DNA of 64,000 nt from Deltaproteobacteria bacterium (lineage in GTDB: Bacteria > Desulfobacterota > Desulfovibrionia > Desulfovibrionales > Desulfomicrobiaceae). The position numbers were made by a program, and so were the translations under genes. Below the pieces are notes generated by a model that saw only the letters and a program-made list of their open reading frames with translations, made no database searches and was not told the origin of the DNA. The first letter of the stretch is position 1. The number at the start of each line of letters is the position of its first letter. Positions 44,573 to 53,505 of the stretch are shown one piece after another. The DNA lies in assembly GCA_009929795.1 (NCBI GenBank), contig RZZR01000003.1:3747-67746 (forward strand), given 5' to 3'.

Positions 44573-46165
44573 CTACCTCGTCCGTTTGAGCATGAGCAGA
44601 GAATTGCGGTCGCCCCGCCGCTGCATTTTCACCTCGTCCATTAGGGCACGGATGATGAACATCCCCCGACCGTGGATCTGTCGGCGACTCGGGGTCGTCA
44701 CCGCCTCCTTGCGCTCAAAATCTCGCCCCCAATCCTCGATCTCCATAGATACCCCCCATGAAGGACGGAATTCGACCCGCAGCATGACCCGGCCCGGAAG
44801 CCCATTGTATCCATGAACGGCGATATTTGCCAATGCTTCGGTCATGGCCAGTTCGCAGTCGAAAAGAATCGATTCGTCTCCAATGTGCTCCCGGAGGAAG
44901 GTCAGTACCGTTCTCGTTATTGGCCTGACCATACCGATGGATACGGGCTCGTCAATGGTCATGACCTGGTTCTCGGCGACCGTATTTCTGATCGATGCGG
45001 GCTGGGCGCATATCTCCCCGCCGGAAGACGGGTTTCGGGCCTCGATCCACAGAGCGGTCAGATCGTCCCTATAGGTAGCCGGGGAAATCAGAGCGGCCTC
45101 CATCTCGATCTTCAGCCCCTCGAGCCGAAACGGCCTTTCCCGGGTCAGGCGCACGGCCAGATCCCAAAATCGCTCGAACCCGAACAGCTCACTCTGGCCC
45201 ATATCCCATTCATACAGGCCGTCGGTGAACAAAAATAGACCGGCCCCCGGCATGAACTCGCACTCCTGGACCTCGAACTCCAGGGGAAAAAAACCCAGTG
45301 GTGGATACTGGGGGTCCAGCCGCTCGTGCCCCCCTCCGGGACGAGCCAGAATGCCGGGACAATGTCCCGCGTTGACAAAAGACAGACGATGGGCATTGAA
45401 ATCGATCTCCGCTGCGAAAAATGTCACGAAGTCGGCTTCATCGCCCAGGGTCTCGGTCATCTGGGTGTTGATCAAGGCCATGGTCCGAGCCAGGGAGGGA
45501 AGATGTTGCCGAGTTCCCTGGACGAGAGCCCTGATCATGGACATGACAAAGGCAGCCCGAACTCCGTGGCCGGACACGTCGGCCATCACCACCCGGACCG
45601 TGTCCGGTCCGACCGGGAAAAAATCGTAGTAGTCGCCGCTGGCCTGCCCAGATGGGTGGTACATGGCCTGGATCAAGGCTCCGGGGCAATCCAGATATCC
45701 CCGGGGGAGAAGTTTGGCCTGCAGCTCGGCCGCAGCGGCCACGTCCAAAGCAATCCGCTCGTAGGCTTGACGAAGCTGGCGCATGAGCTGGACATGGCGG
45801 AGGGCCGAACCGGCCCGAGCCATGAGGACCTCCATGTGAAAGGGCTTGGTCAAAAAATCATTGGCGCCGAGGTTGAGGGCCTCGGCCATGTCCTGGGGCG
45901 TGTCATTGGCGGTCAAGACGATGACGTACACGTCCTGGTCGTTGGCCTGCTCCCGGATATAGCGAAGGCATTCCTTGCCGCCCATGCCCGGCATATTCAG
46001 ATCCAGGAAGATGCAATCGGGCCTCGACGCCAGATAGGCTTCAAGGCCAGGCTCTCCATCCTCGGCCACCTCAACCTGGAAACGTTTCCCCAGGGCTCCG
46101 CGCAGCAGTTCGCGGATAACCGGCGAATCGTCGATGACCAGACAGGACATGAGAATATCGTTCAT
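44573..46165 (-). CDS. Fusion protein: response-regulator receiver + PP2C (SpoIIE-type) phosphatase + RsbW/SpoIIAB-like Ser kinase (HATPase)
   Basis: REC: CLVIDDSPVIRELL...CIFLDLNMPGMGG...VIVLTAN...FLTKP. PP2C: SGDYYDFF...VVMADVSGHGVRAAFVMS...FLFTDGLYE. Kinase: TEALANIAVHGY (N-box), IEDWGRDF and HGRGMFIIRALMDEV (G-boxes). Start taken at MNDILM (46165). Confidence 0.75.
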   Translation of the reverse strand: MNDILMSCLVIDDSPVIRELLRGALGKRFQVEVAEDGEPGLEAYLASRPDCIFLDLNMPGMGGKECLRYIREQANDQDVYVIVLTANDTPQDMAEALNLGANDFLTKPFHMEVLMARAGSALRHVQLMRQLRQAYERIALDVAAAAELQAKLLPRGYLDCPGALIQAMYHPSGQASGDYYDFFPVGPDTVRVVMADVSGHGVRAAFVMSMIRALVQGTRQHLPSLARTMALINTQMTETLGDEADFVTFFAAEIDFNAHRLSFVNAGHCPGILARPGGGHERLDPQYPPLGFFPLEFEVQECEFMPGAGLFLFTDGLYEWDMGQSELFGFERFWDLAVRLTRERPFRLEGLKIEMEAALISPATYRDDLTALWIEARNPSSGGEICAQPASIRNTVAENQVMTIDEPVSIGMVRPITRTVLTFLREHIGDESILFDCELAMTEALANIAVHGYNGLPGRVMLRVEFRPSWGVSMEIEDWGRDFERKEAVTTPSRRQIHGRGMFIIRALMDEVKMQRRGDRNSLLMLKRTR

Positions 46166-46190
46166 GGTCCCAGCTCTAAGCGCCCGATTT

Positions 46191-46667
46191 TCAGCGGGCA
46201 CTCTCAAGTTCTTCACTGTCCAGCACAATCGTCACCGGCCCCCAATTGCAGAGTTCAAGATCCATGTCTGCTCCGAACACGCCCATCCGGACTTTGCCGA
46301 AGGAGTGTCCCATCTCCTGAACAAAGGCCTCGTAGGCCAATTTAGCATCAGGACTTGGCAGGGATCCGGAATAGGAGGGCCGACGTCCCTTCCGGCAATC
46401 GGCGTACAGCGTGAACTGGGATACCACCAGGACTTCCCCGCCGTGATCGACTAGGGACAGATTCATCACCCCTTTTTCGTCGGGAAAGATTCTCAAATTC
46501 AGGATCTTGGAAATCATGCGGGTTCTTCGTCCGCCGGCCTCCAGGGAATCTGGCGAATCTTTGGGGCCGAAAGCCGCCAGGAGCAGGAGTCCGGTTCCGA
46601 TTTCGGCCACGGTCTCGCATCCGACACAAACATTAGCCCGCCGAACCCGTTGCAAAGCAATTCTCAT
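46191..46667 (-). CDS. dtd: D-aminoacyl-tRNA deacylase
   Basis: MRIALQRV...VVSQFTLYADCRKGRRPS...GADMDLELCNWGPVTIVLDS. Confidence 0.85.
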   Translation of the reverse strand: MRIALQRVRRANVCVGCETVAEIGTGLLLLAAFGPKDSPDSLEAGGRRTRMISKILNLRIFPDEKGVMNLSLVDHGGEVLVVSQFTLYADCRKGRRPSYSGSLPSPDAKLAYEAFVQEMGHSFGKVRMGVFGADMDLELCNWGPVTIVLDSEELESAR

Positions 46668-47089
46668 GCACAATCATCCGGAACCATTGAGGATACTCCG
46701 TTCCGACTTCGAAAGGTGGCCGTGGACCCGGCCTTCTCCGACACCGAAACGTATTCCAGGCGGACCGCCAGCCCCTGGACTTTGGAAGCCAAGGCTTCGT
46801 AGATAAAACGGGCCAGAGTCTCGGAAGACGGATTGATCTCGGTGAACTCCGGCAATTCGTTGAGGTGGCGATGGTCCAGCAGGGACAATACCTCCCCAAG
46901 CATGGCCTTGAGAGTCTTGAAGTCCAGAAGGATGCCTGTCTTGGGGTTCAGCCTCGTCCCGCTGACCGCCACCTCGACCCCGAAGTTGTGGCCATGCAGG
47001 GCCTCACATTTCCCTTCGTAGTGTCGAAGCTGATGCGACGCGCTGAACTCGCCAGCAACGGTCAAGGTCCATTCGCCGTTGGTCGTCAT
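46664..47089 (-). CDS. queD: 6-carboxy-5,6,7,8-tetrahydropterin synthase QueD (PTPS family)
   Basis: FSASHQL...KCEALHGHNFGVEV...LDFKTLK...LDHRHLNE. Confidence 0.8.
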   Translation of the reverse strand: MTTNGEWTLTVAGEFSASHQLRHYEGKCEALHGHNFGVEVAVSGTRLNPKTGILLDFKTLKAMLGEVLSLLDHRHLNELPEFTEINPSSETLARFIYEALASKVQGLAVRLEYVSVSEKAGSTATFRSRNGVSSMVPDDCA

Positions 47090-50000
47090 TGAGGCCTCCC
47101 GCTCAATCGCTCATATTCCCGCCAAAAGGACGGCTCCGGCCCAACGCACCACCGCCCTCCCAGTTGGAGCCGGCAGTGAAAATCATTGTCCCGCACCGAA
47201 ATCCGGACCGGGCAGGAACCGGGGTGGGCGGCCAGCAAGCCAGCAAGACCGTCGAGGCAGGCGTCCAGGTCCTCTGACGAGAACTCTAAATCCACAGGCT
47301 CGGTTCCGGAGCTTATGACATCCGTCAAGGAAACAAAGGACTCGGCCAAAACCTTGGTTCTGGCGGACGTTCCCTCCTCGGCCTGGTCCTGATCCCGCTT
47401 CAGGCTTCCCTCGATGACCAGAGGAACGTCCTGCTCGAGCCATTGTCTGCAGGTCGCGAAGACCGACGGAAAGATAACCGCCTCCGCAGCTCCGGTCATA
47501 TCCTCGATCTGGGCGAAGGCCATCCTTTCGCCTTTTTTGCTGACAATCTTCTTCAATCCGGTGACAACAACCGCCACCCTGACCTTGGTCCCGTTGTCGA
47601 GGTCCAGGCAGTCGGCCAGGCGCTTCAACCCGAGGCGGTCAATGTCCGTGCGGTAAGGAGAAAGCGGATGGCTAAAGAGGAAAAATCCGAAACTCTCCTT
47701 CTCCAGGCGCAGACGCTCCTCCTCCGGATATTCGTCGGGTTCGCTGTCAAGGTCCATGCCCAAACCCGTCATGGAACAGGTCTTGGTCTCGGGCATGAAG
47801 GTCATCAGCGACAACTGGCCCATGGACTTCTGCTTGGCCGTCTTCTGAGCCGCAGACTGGGCCCGGTCCAGACCGGCCATCAACATCGCCCGTGCGCACC
47901 CCAGACAGTCCATGCTTCCGGATTTGATCAAACATTCGAGGACTTTTTTGTTCACCCTCTTCAAATCGAGTCTCTGGCAAAGGTCCAACAAACTCTGGTA
48001 GGGGCCCCCAGCCTCACGCTCGGCCACCAAAAGCTCCGCCGCTCCCTGACCTACTCCCTTGATACCGGCCAGCCCAAAACGGATCTTTCCGTCCTCAACC
48101 GTAAACTGGTATCGACTCCAATTCACGTCCGGAGGCAGGATCTCGATGCCGGCATCCCGACAGGCATTGATGTGGACCATGACCTTGTTCGAATCGTTGA
48201 CCTCCGAGGTGACGATGGCAGCCATGAACTCCACCGGATAATGGGCCTTCAGATAGGCCGTCTGGTAAGAAATCAGTGCATAGGCGGCACTATGGGACTT
48301 GTTGAATCCGTAACCGGCGAACTTCCGGACCAAGTCGAAGATGTAGTCCGCAGCCTCGTCGGGTATGCCGTTGGCCCTGGCTCCCTGAAGAAACCGAGAT
48401 CGCTGCTGGGCCATGACCGCCTCGTCCTTCTTGCCCATGGCCCGCCTGAGGATATCCGCCTCCCCCAAAGAATAATTGGCCATGTCCGAAGCTATACGCA
48501 TGACCTGTTCCTGATAGAGAATTACTCCGTAGGTGTCCTTGAGGATCGGATCCAGGACTTTTTCAAGGCAGGGATACGGATACTCGACCCTGGTCCGGCC
48601 ATGCTTGCGGTCCACGAAATCCTTGACCATGCCACTTTCTAGCGGACCTGGGCGGTAGAGGGCCAGCAGGGCGACGACATCCTCGAAACAGGTCGGGCCC
48701 AGATCCTTGAGAACGGCCCGCATCCCCGAGCTTTCGAGCTGAAAGACCCCCTCGCTCTCCCCTCGGCCAAGCATTTCGTAGGTCTTGGCATCGTCCAGGG
48801 GAATGGTCTCCAACACCGGGGGAGCCACTCCCCGCCCGGCAATCAGCTTTAAAGTCTCATCGATCACGGTCAGGGTTTTGAGACCGAGAAAGTCGAACTT
48901 GATCAGCCCGGACTTTTCAACCTTCTTCATGTCAAACTGGGTGATCAGTTCGTCGTTCTTGCCCTTGAAGAGCGGAACGTACTCCATCATGGGCTTTCTC
49001 GAGATGACAATACCCGCTGCGTGGGTCGAAGGATGCCTGGCCAACCCTTCCAACCTGCGGGAAACATCCAGAAGTTCGGCGATTGACTCGTCCTCGTCGG
49101 CCAGCTTCTGAAGCTCCGGCTCCTGCTCCAGGGCCTTTTTGAGGGTCATCTTCAAATCCGTGGGAACGAGCTTGGCCACCCTGTCCACAGTGGGCAAAGG
49201 AATGTCGAGAGCTCTGCCGACGTCCCGGAGCACCCCACGGGCCTTCATGGTCCCCACAGCGATGATCTGGGCCACGTGATCGAAGCCGTATTTTTCCGTA
49301 ACATAACGGATGACCTCGTCCCGTCGATTGTAGCAAAAATCCACGTCGATGTCCGGGAGGCTCTCCCGCTCGACATTCAGAAACCGCTCGAAGATGAGTC
49401 CATAGCGGATCGGGTCGAGATCGGTGATCCGCAGGGCGTAGGACACGAGGCTTCCGGCCGCGGACCCCCGACCAGGGCCTACCGGGATTGATTTGGACTT
49501 GGCCCAGTTGATGAAGTCCTGAACAATCAGAAAATAGGCCGGGAACCCCTTTTCACAGATGATGTCCAGCTCGAAGTTCAAGCGTTTCCAATAAATTTCC
49601 TCGTCGATCTCATAGGGCAGTGCCTTGATCCTGGCCTTGAGGCCTTGGTTGACCAAATCCCGGAATTCCTCCTCAAGGCTCCGCCCCTCGGGCACCTGAT
49701 AGACCGGAAAATGGTGCACGTTCAGTTCCAATTCCACATTGCAGGCCTGAACAATCCGCTCCACGTTCTCAAGCGCCTGGGGACAGAAGGAGAACTCGGC
49801 CTCCATTCGCTCCGGCGACTTGTAGAAGAACTGGTCGGAACCGAACCTAAGACGTTTTTTCGTTTCAACGGTCTTGCCGGTACCGATGCAAAGAAGCACG
49901 TCGTGGGCCTCAGCGTCTTCCTCATTCAGATAATGGCAGTCGTTGGTGGCCACCAGCGGCAAGCCTGTCTGGGCGGCCAGCTTGACCAAACCCTCATTGG

Positions 50001-50586
50001 CCTCCCGTTGATCGTCCATGCCGTTTTCCATGAGTTCCAGATAGAAACGGCCCGGAAAAATGGCTGCATACTCCTTGGCGGTCTTCAAGGCGGCGTCCAT
50101 GCCTTCGTGCCTGTACCGATACGGGACTTCCCCTTGGAGACATGCCGAACAGGCGATGAGCCCTGCCCCCCATTGCCTCAGGGCGGCCTTGTCCACCCGG
50201 GGTTTGTAGTAGAATCCTCGGGTATACCCGGTCGACACCAGACGGACGAGATTGTGATACCCTTCCAGGTCCTGGGCCAGAAGCAGGAGATGAAACCGTT
50301 GCTGATCCTTGTCTTCCATGGACCGGGGGGCCACATAGACCTCGGATCCGATGATCGGCTTCAATCCGAAGGAACGGGCCTTGAGATAAAAATCCAAGGC
50401 TCCAAACATGCTCCCGTGATCGCTGATGGACACGGCCGAAAAACCGAAATCCACCGCCTTGGCGCAGAGATCCTGGATTCGGATTGCTCCGTCCAGAAAG
50501 CTGTACTCGGTATGGCAATGAAGATGGGTGAAATCTGACACGATGATGGAGTGGTGTTGAGTGTCACTCGAAGGCAAAACCTTCAA
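47086..50586 (-). CDS. dnaE: DNA polymerase III alpha subunit
   Basis: PHP domain FTHLHCHTEYSFLDGAIRI, polymerase core GPGRGSAAGSLVSYALRITDLDP, and an OB fold near the C-terminus. The listed start is a TTG that overlaps the upstream ORF. A GTG at 50541 (VSDFTHLH) is an alternative. Confidence 0.9.
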   Translation of the reverse strand: MKVLPSSDTQHHSIIVSDFTHLHCHTEYSFLDGAIRIQDLCAKAVDFGFSAVSISDHGSMFGALDFYLKARSFGLKPIIGSEVYVAPRSMEDKDQQRFHLLLLAQDLEGYHNLVRLVSTGYTRGFYYKPRVDKAALRQWGAGLIACSACLQGEVPYRYRHEGMDAALKTAKEYAAIFPGRFYLELMENGMDDQREANEGLVKLAAQTGLPLVATNDCHYLNEEDAEAHDVLLCIGTGKTVETKKRLRFGSDQFFYKSPERMEAEFSFCPQALENVERIVQACNVELELNVHHFPVYQVPEGRSLEEEFRDLVNQGLKARIKALPYEIDEEIYWKRLNFELDIICEKGFPAYFLIVQDFINWAKSKSIPVGPGRGSAAGSLVSYALRITDLDPIRYGLIFERFLNVERESLPDIDVDFCYNRRDEVIRYVTEKYGFDHVAQIIAVGTMKARGVLRDVGRALDIPLPTVDRVAKLVPTDLKMTLKKALEQEPELQKLADEDESIAELLDVSRRLEGLARHPSTHAAGIVISRKPMMEYVPLFKGKNDELITQFDMKKVEKSGLIKFDFLGLKTLTVIDETLKLIAGRGVAPPVLETIPLDDAKTYEMLGRGESEGVFQLESSGMRAVLKDLGPTCFEDVVALLALYRPGPLESGMVKDFVDRKHGRTRVEYPYPCLEKVLDPILKDTYGVILYQEQVMRIASDMANYSLGEADILRRAMGKKDEAVMAQQRSRFLQGARANGIPDEAADYIFDLVRKFAGYGFNKSHSAAYALISYQTAYLKAHYPVEFMAAIVTSEVNDSNKVMVHINACRDAGIEILPPDVNWSRYQFTVEDGKIRFGLAGIKGVGQGAAELLVAEREAGGPYQSLLDLCQRLDLKRVNKKVLECLIKSGSMDCLGCARAMLMAGLDRAQSAAQKTAKQKSMGQLSLMTFMPETKTCSMTGLGMDLDSEPDEYPEEERLRLEKESFGFFLFSHPLSPYRTDIDRLGLKRLADCLDLDNGTKVRVAVVVTGLKKIVSKKGERMAFAQIEDMTGAAEAVIFPSVFATCRQWLEQDVPLVIEGSLKRDQDQAEEGTSARTKVLAESFVSLTDVISSGTEPVDLEFSSEDLDACLDGLAGLLAAHPGSCPVRISVRDNDFHCRLQLGGRWCVGPEPSFWREYERLSGRPQ

Positions 50587-50890
50587 GCGCCTCGTTCAGA
50601 GGAATTGTCTTGGACAACGTCCCTTCGGGGTCGATCAGGTACCGCTCCATTTCCCAGGCCTCGACGTCAATGACGTCGATCCAGGCCCGGCCCTGACGGG
50701 CGACGGATCGGGAAATGAGGTCCACGATCTCCTCGTGGGCCATATATCCTCCCTCGTAGGCTATATCCGCTGTCCCCGGACCCTGCCGACAAACTTCAAA
50801 CTCGGGTCCGAGGGAACACAAAACGTCCAGGTCGGGCTCGCTCGCTCCCTTGATGGTCGCGTAGAGCTTCAGTCTTGGAGCGTGGGCCAC
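50564..50890 (-). CDS. Hypothetical protein (108 aa)
   Basis: The ORF has coding-like composition and is tightly packed between the LysM gene and dnaE. No motif recognised. Confidence 0.45.
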   Translation of the reverse strand: MAHAPRLKLYATIKGASEPDLDVLCSLGPEFEVCRQGPGTADIAYEGGYMAHEEIVDLISRSVARQGRAWIDVIDVEAWEMERYLIDPEGTLSKTIPLNEALEGFAFE

Positions 50891-50906
50891 TGCGCGACGC
50901 CGGTCG

Positions 50907-52394
50907 TCACTCCATGTCCCGAACGGCGAAACAGCGATAGCCCTTGAGGGAAAACAGGGCCACGAGATAGGGATCGGCCGTGCGCTCGTCCAGAAGAACG
51001 ACCTTGGTCTGCTTGCTGTCGATCACCCGGGCTGGGACGGACAGGGCCACATGTCCGCCTTGGGCCTTCCAGGACAGGTACAGGGTCCTCTCGGCCGCCA
51101 AGCCTTCATTCTTGAGACAGGCGAAGTATCCGGACAGATCCTCCGGACATTCGCCTGAAATATCGGCAAGCCCTGGAACCTGAAGCAGCCCGGTTCTGAC
51201 CTTGGCCCCGCGAATCCAGGGCACAAACAGCGCGCCCCGGCCAATGGCCTCTCTGTCTTCCTCCTCGGCCGACAAGTTTCCATCCGGGGGAATGGTGACC
51301 AGGTAGACCCGAGCGAGTTCCAGATAGGAACGAAGAAGTTCCGGAAACTCCCCTCCACCCGACTGGGACACGGTGAAAACATGCAAAACGCTGTCCCCAT
51401 CACACTCCACCTGGACCAGGGCCTCTGCCTGGGCCTCAATGCCAACGCCCCGGGAATGGACGATGAAAGGATGGTTGCGGGTCCAGAACTTGAGCCGACC
51501 CGGATAGGCTTCCGCCAAAGGCGGGGCTAAGCCTGCCATGGTCAGGGGACGGCCATACACGCATGTCTTGGGAAAAAGACGCTTCAACTCGTCAGGCCAG
51601 GATTTGAACATATCCTGGGGCACGAATACGATCTGACCGCCCAAGGGATCTCGGGCAAAACGAACGGCCCCTAGATCAATCCGCCACCAGCGGCCCCCCG
51701 GAGCAGGAATCAGGACTTCCCTTCCCTTAGAGAAGACGAACCCGAGGCGTTCGACCATGGCCCAGGTCACGGCCGGCCAGTCTACGGCCATGGTCTGATC
51801 CGCCACGTCCCGTTGCCGCTTCTCTGAGGCCATGGGAACCCGAACCGGGACCAGGAGGCGCATCCCGGGAGTTATTCTGTTCACGTCAACGAGATCGGGA
51901 TTCAGGCGGTGAAAGGCGGTCATGGTGTCCTTAGACACAACACCTCCATCCAAAACCCCGTGCCTTCGAAAAATCTTGAACACGCTCTCGCCCGGCTGGA
52001 CCACGTGTTCTATGCTTCGCCACTCCGGAAGCACCTGCGCAGCCTCATCATCCTCGGCTTGAATCAAATTTTCGGCGGATCCGGCCTCGGCTTGATCCTC
52101 TGCAAATGTTTCGCTTTCCCGGCCGGGAAGAAAAACGACTTGGCCGGGCTTCAGAATTTCAACGTCACCGATATCGGGATTCAAGGCCCTGATCTCCGGT
52201 AGAAGGACCCGGCAGTCATCCTGACAGTATCCGCTCTCTCGCAGGATCTTGAACAACCATTCTCCTTTGCTGACCGTGTGGCTGACGACCTCGGTTCCGC
52301 TTTCCTCGGCCTTCGAGCGGTCAGGCTGGATCAATCCCGACAAACCGGCCAAGAATACCATCGCCCATATCAGTGGTATCGATTGTTTTTGCAT
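50907..52394 (-). CDS. Secreted protein with two LysM-like repeats and an uncharacterised C-terminal domain
   Basis: Signal peptide MQKQSIPLIWAMVFLAGLSG. LysM-like segments HTVSKGEWLFKILR...LKPGQVVFLP and HVVQPGESVFKIFR...ITPGMRLLVP. Confidence 0.6.
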   Translation of the reverse strand: MQKQSIPLIWAMVFLAGLSGLIQPDRSKAEESGTEVVSHTVSKGEWLFKILRESGYCQDDCRVLLPEIRALNPDIGDVEILKPGQVVFLPGRESETFAEDQAEAGSAENLIQAEDDEAAQVLPEWRSIEHVVQPGESVFKIFRRHGVLDGGVVSKDTMTAFHRLNPDLVDVNRITPGMRLLVPVRVPMASEKRQRDVADQTMAVDWPAVTWAMVERLGFVFSKGREVLIPAPGGRWWRIDLGAVRFARDPLGGQIVFVPQDMFKSWPDELKRLFPKTCVYGRPLTMAGLAPPLAEAYPGRLKFWTRNHPFIVHSRGVGIEAQAEALVQVECDGDSVLHVFTVSQSGGGEFPELLRSYLELARVYLVTIPPDGNLSAEEEDREAIGRGALFVPWIRGAKVRTGLLQVPGLADISGECPEDLSGYFACLKNEGLAAERTLYLSWKAQGGHVALSVPARVIDSKQTKVVLLDERTADPYLVALFSLKGYRCFAVRDME

Positions 52395-52445
52395 AGCCCA
52401 GACATTTGAACCATATCAATCCGCGGGTCAAGGCCCCGATGCATC

Positions 52446-53336
52446 TTAATCTGAATCTGCCCCGGTGTTGGCCCGGCCATGAAGCCGAGACATAAATTTG
52501 ATGAAGGAATCTACTCCCGAATCCCGATACTCGGAATAGATCAGGACAAATTGGGCATAATTCACCCTATACCCGTAGAGGTTGAACGTTGTCTTCTCGT
52601 CCAGCCATTCCAGGCTGAAAATCTCGGCCAGACCGGGATGAACGGGAAGATCCAGGGCCGTGTAGTAGTCATCCGGGCCGAGCGAATCGGAGACGAGCGA
52701 GGGATCCAAGCCCAGTTGATCCAGAATCTGGTTGGCAGTATCCACCAGCAATTCTACCCCGGGGTGGTTTATGGTGTGGAAAAGGCGTCGTTTTCGACCC
52801 TCGGAAATCATCCGATCCAGATATTTTATGGGCGTCCTGACTTCCTTGCCTCGCTCATGGGCCAGAGATCGTTCAACGATTCCCTGAAGATCGTAGTGTC
52901 TGAGCAGAGACGGCCTAGAGGCCAGATGGATGAACTCCTTTCTGGTCGGACGATGTTTTCTGATGTCTTCGAGCAGCCTGTCTCGAAGGACGTTTTTCCC
53001 CGCGTTGAACTCCAACGGCCAGTACGTCCGGCAAAAATAGTTGGGAATACACAGCGAGACGCACTTGGGTCCGAGTTGGGACAAAAGGCGGTTGGATGCC
53101 AATTCTCCCCACTCGTCTCCCAAATATTGATACAGAAAGACGTCGCAACCTGCGAGGACATCAGCCGGTAAGGGCTCCCGGATGTAGTTGGTGAACAGGC
53201 GGCAATCGAAAGCCTGAACGAACTCGTCGTGACCTCCGAGCATCCGCAAAAGGACCTCGCCCTGACAGTTGGCATGCATGACCAATTCCCGTTTCACGAC
53301 CGTCCCTGAAATCCTCGGCCTTTGTTTTTTCCACAC
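52446..53336 (-). CDS. Hypothetical protein, possibly WcbI-like polysaccharide-modification enzyme
   Basis: The N-terminal VMHANCQGEVL... and ...IPNYFCRTYWP... resemble my recollection of the WcbI family. The call is weak and the start is uncertain. Confidence 0.35.
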   Translation of the reverse strand: MWKKQRPRISGTVVKRELVMHANCQGEVLLRMLGGHDEFVQAFDCRLFTNYIREPLPADVLAGCDVFLYQYLGDEWGELASNRLLSQLGPKCVSLCIPNYFCRTYWPLEFNAGKNVLRDRLLEDIRKHRPTRKEFIHLASRPSLLRHYDLQGIVERSLAHERGKEVRTPIKYLDRMISEGRKRRLFHTINHPGVELLVDTANQILDQLGLDPSLVSDSLGPDDYYTALDLPVHPGLAEIFSLEWLDEKTTFNLYGYRVNYAQFVLIYSEYRDSGVDSFIKFMSRLHGRANTGADSD

Positions 53337-53505
53337 AAACCGTGCGCTCGCACCCGTGTCCTCTTGGCCGCCATGATTTTCGAACCCTTCCTGTATGTAC
53401 AGGCCAGTACTATTTGGAAACCAGTTTGACTTTGCCTGGGATCAATGATGAATGTCGAAAAAATTCCCGCCCAGGATAATCTCAGCCCACGGCAGGAGGC
53501 TCTCC

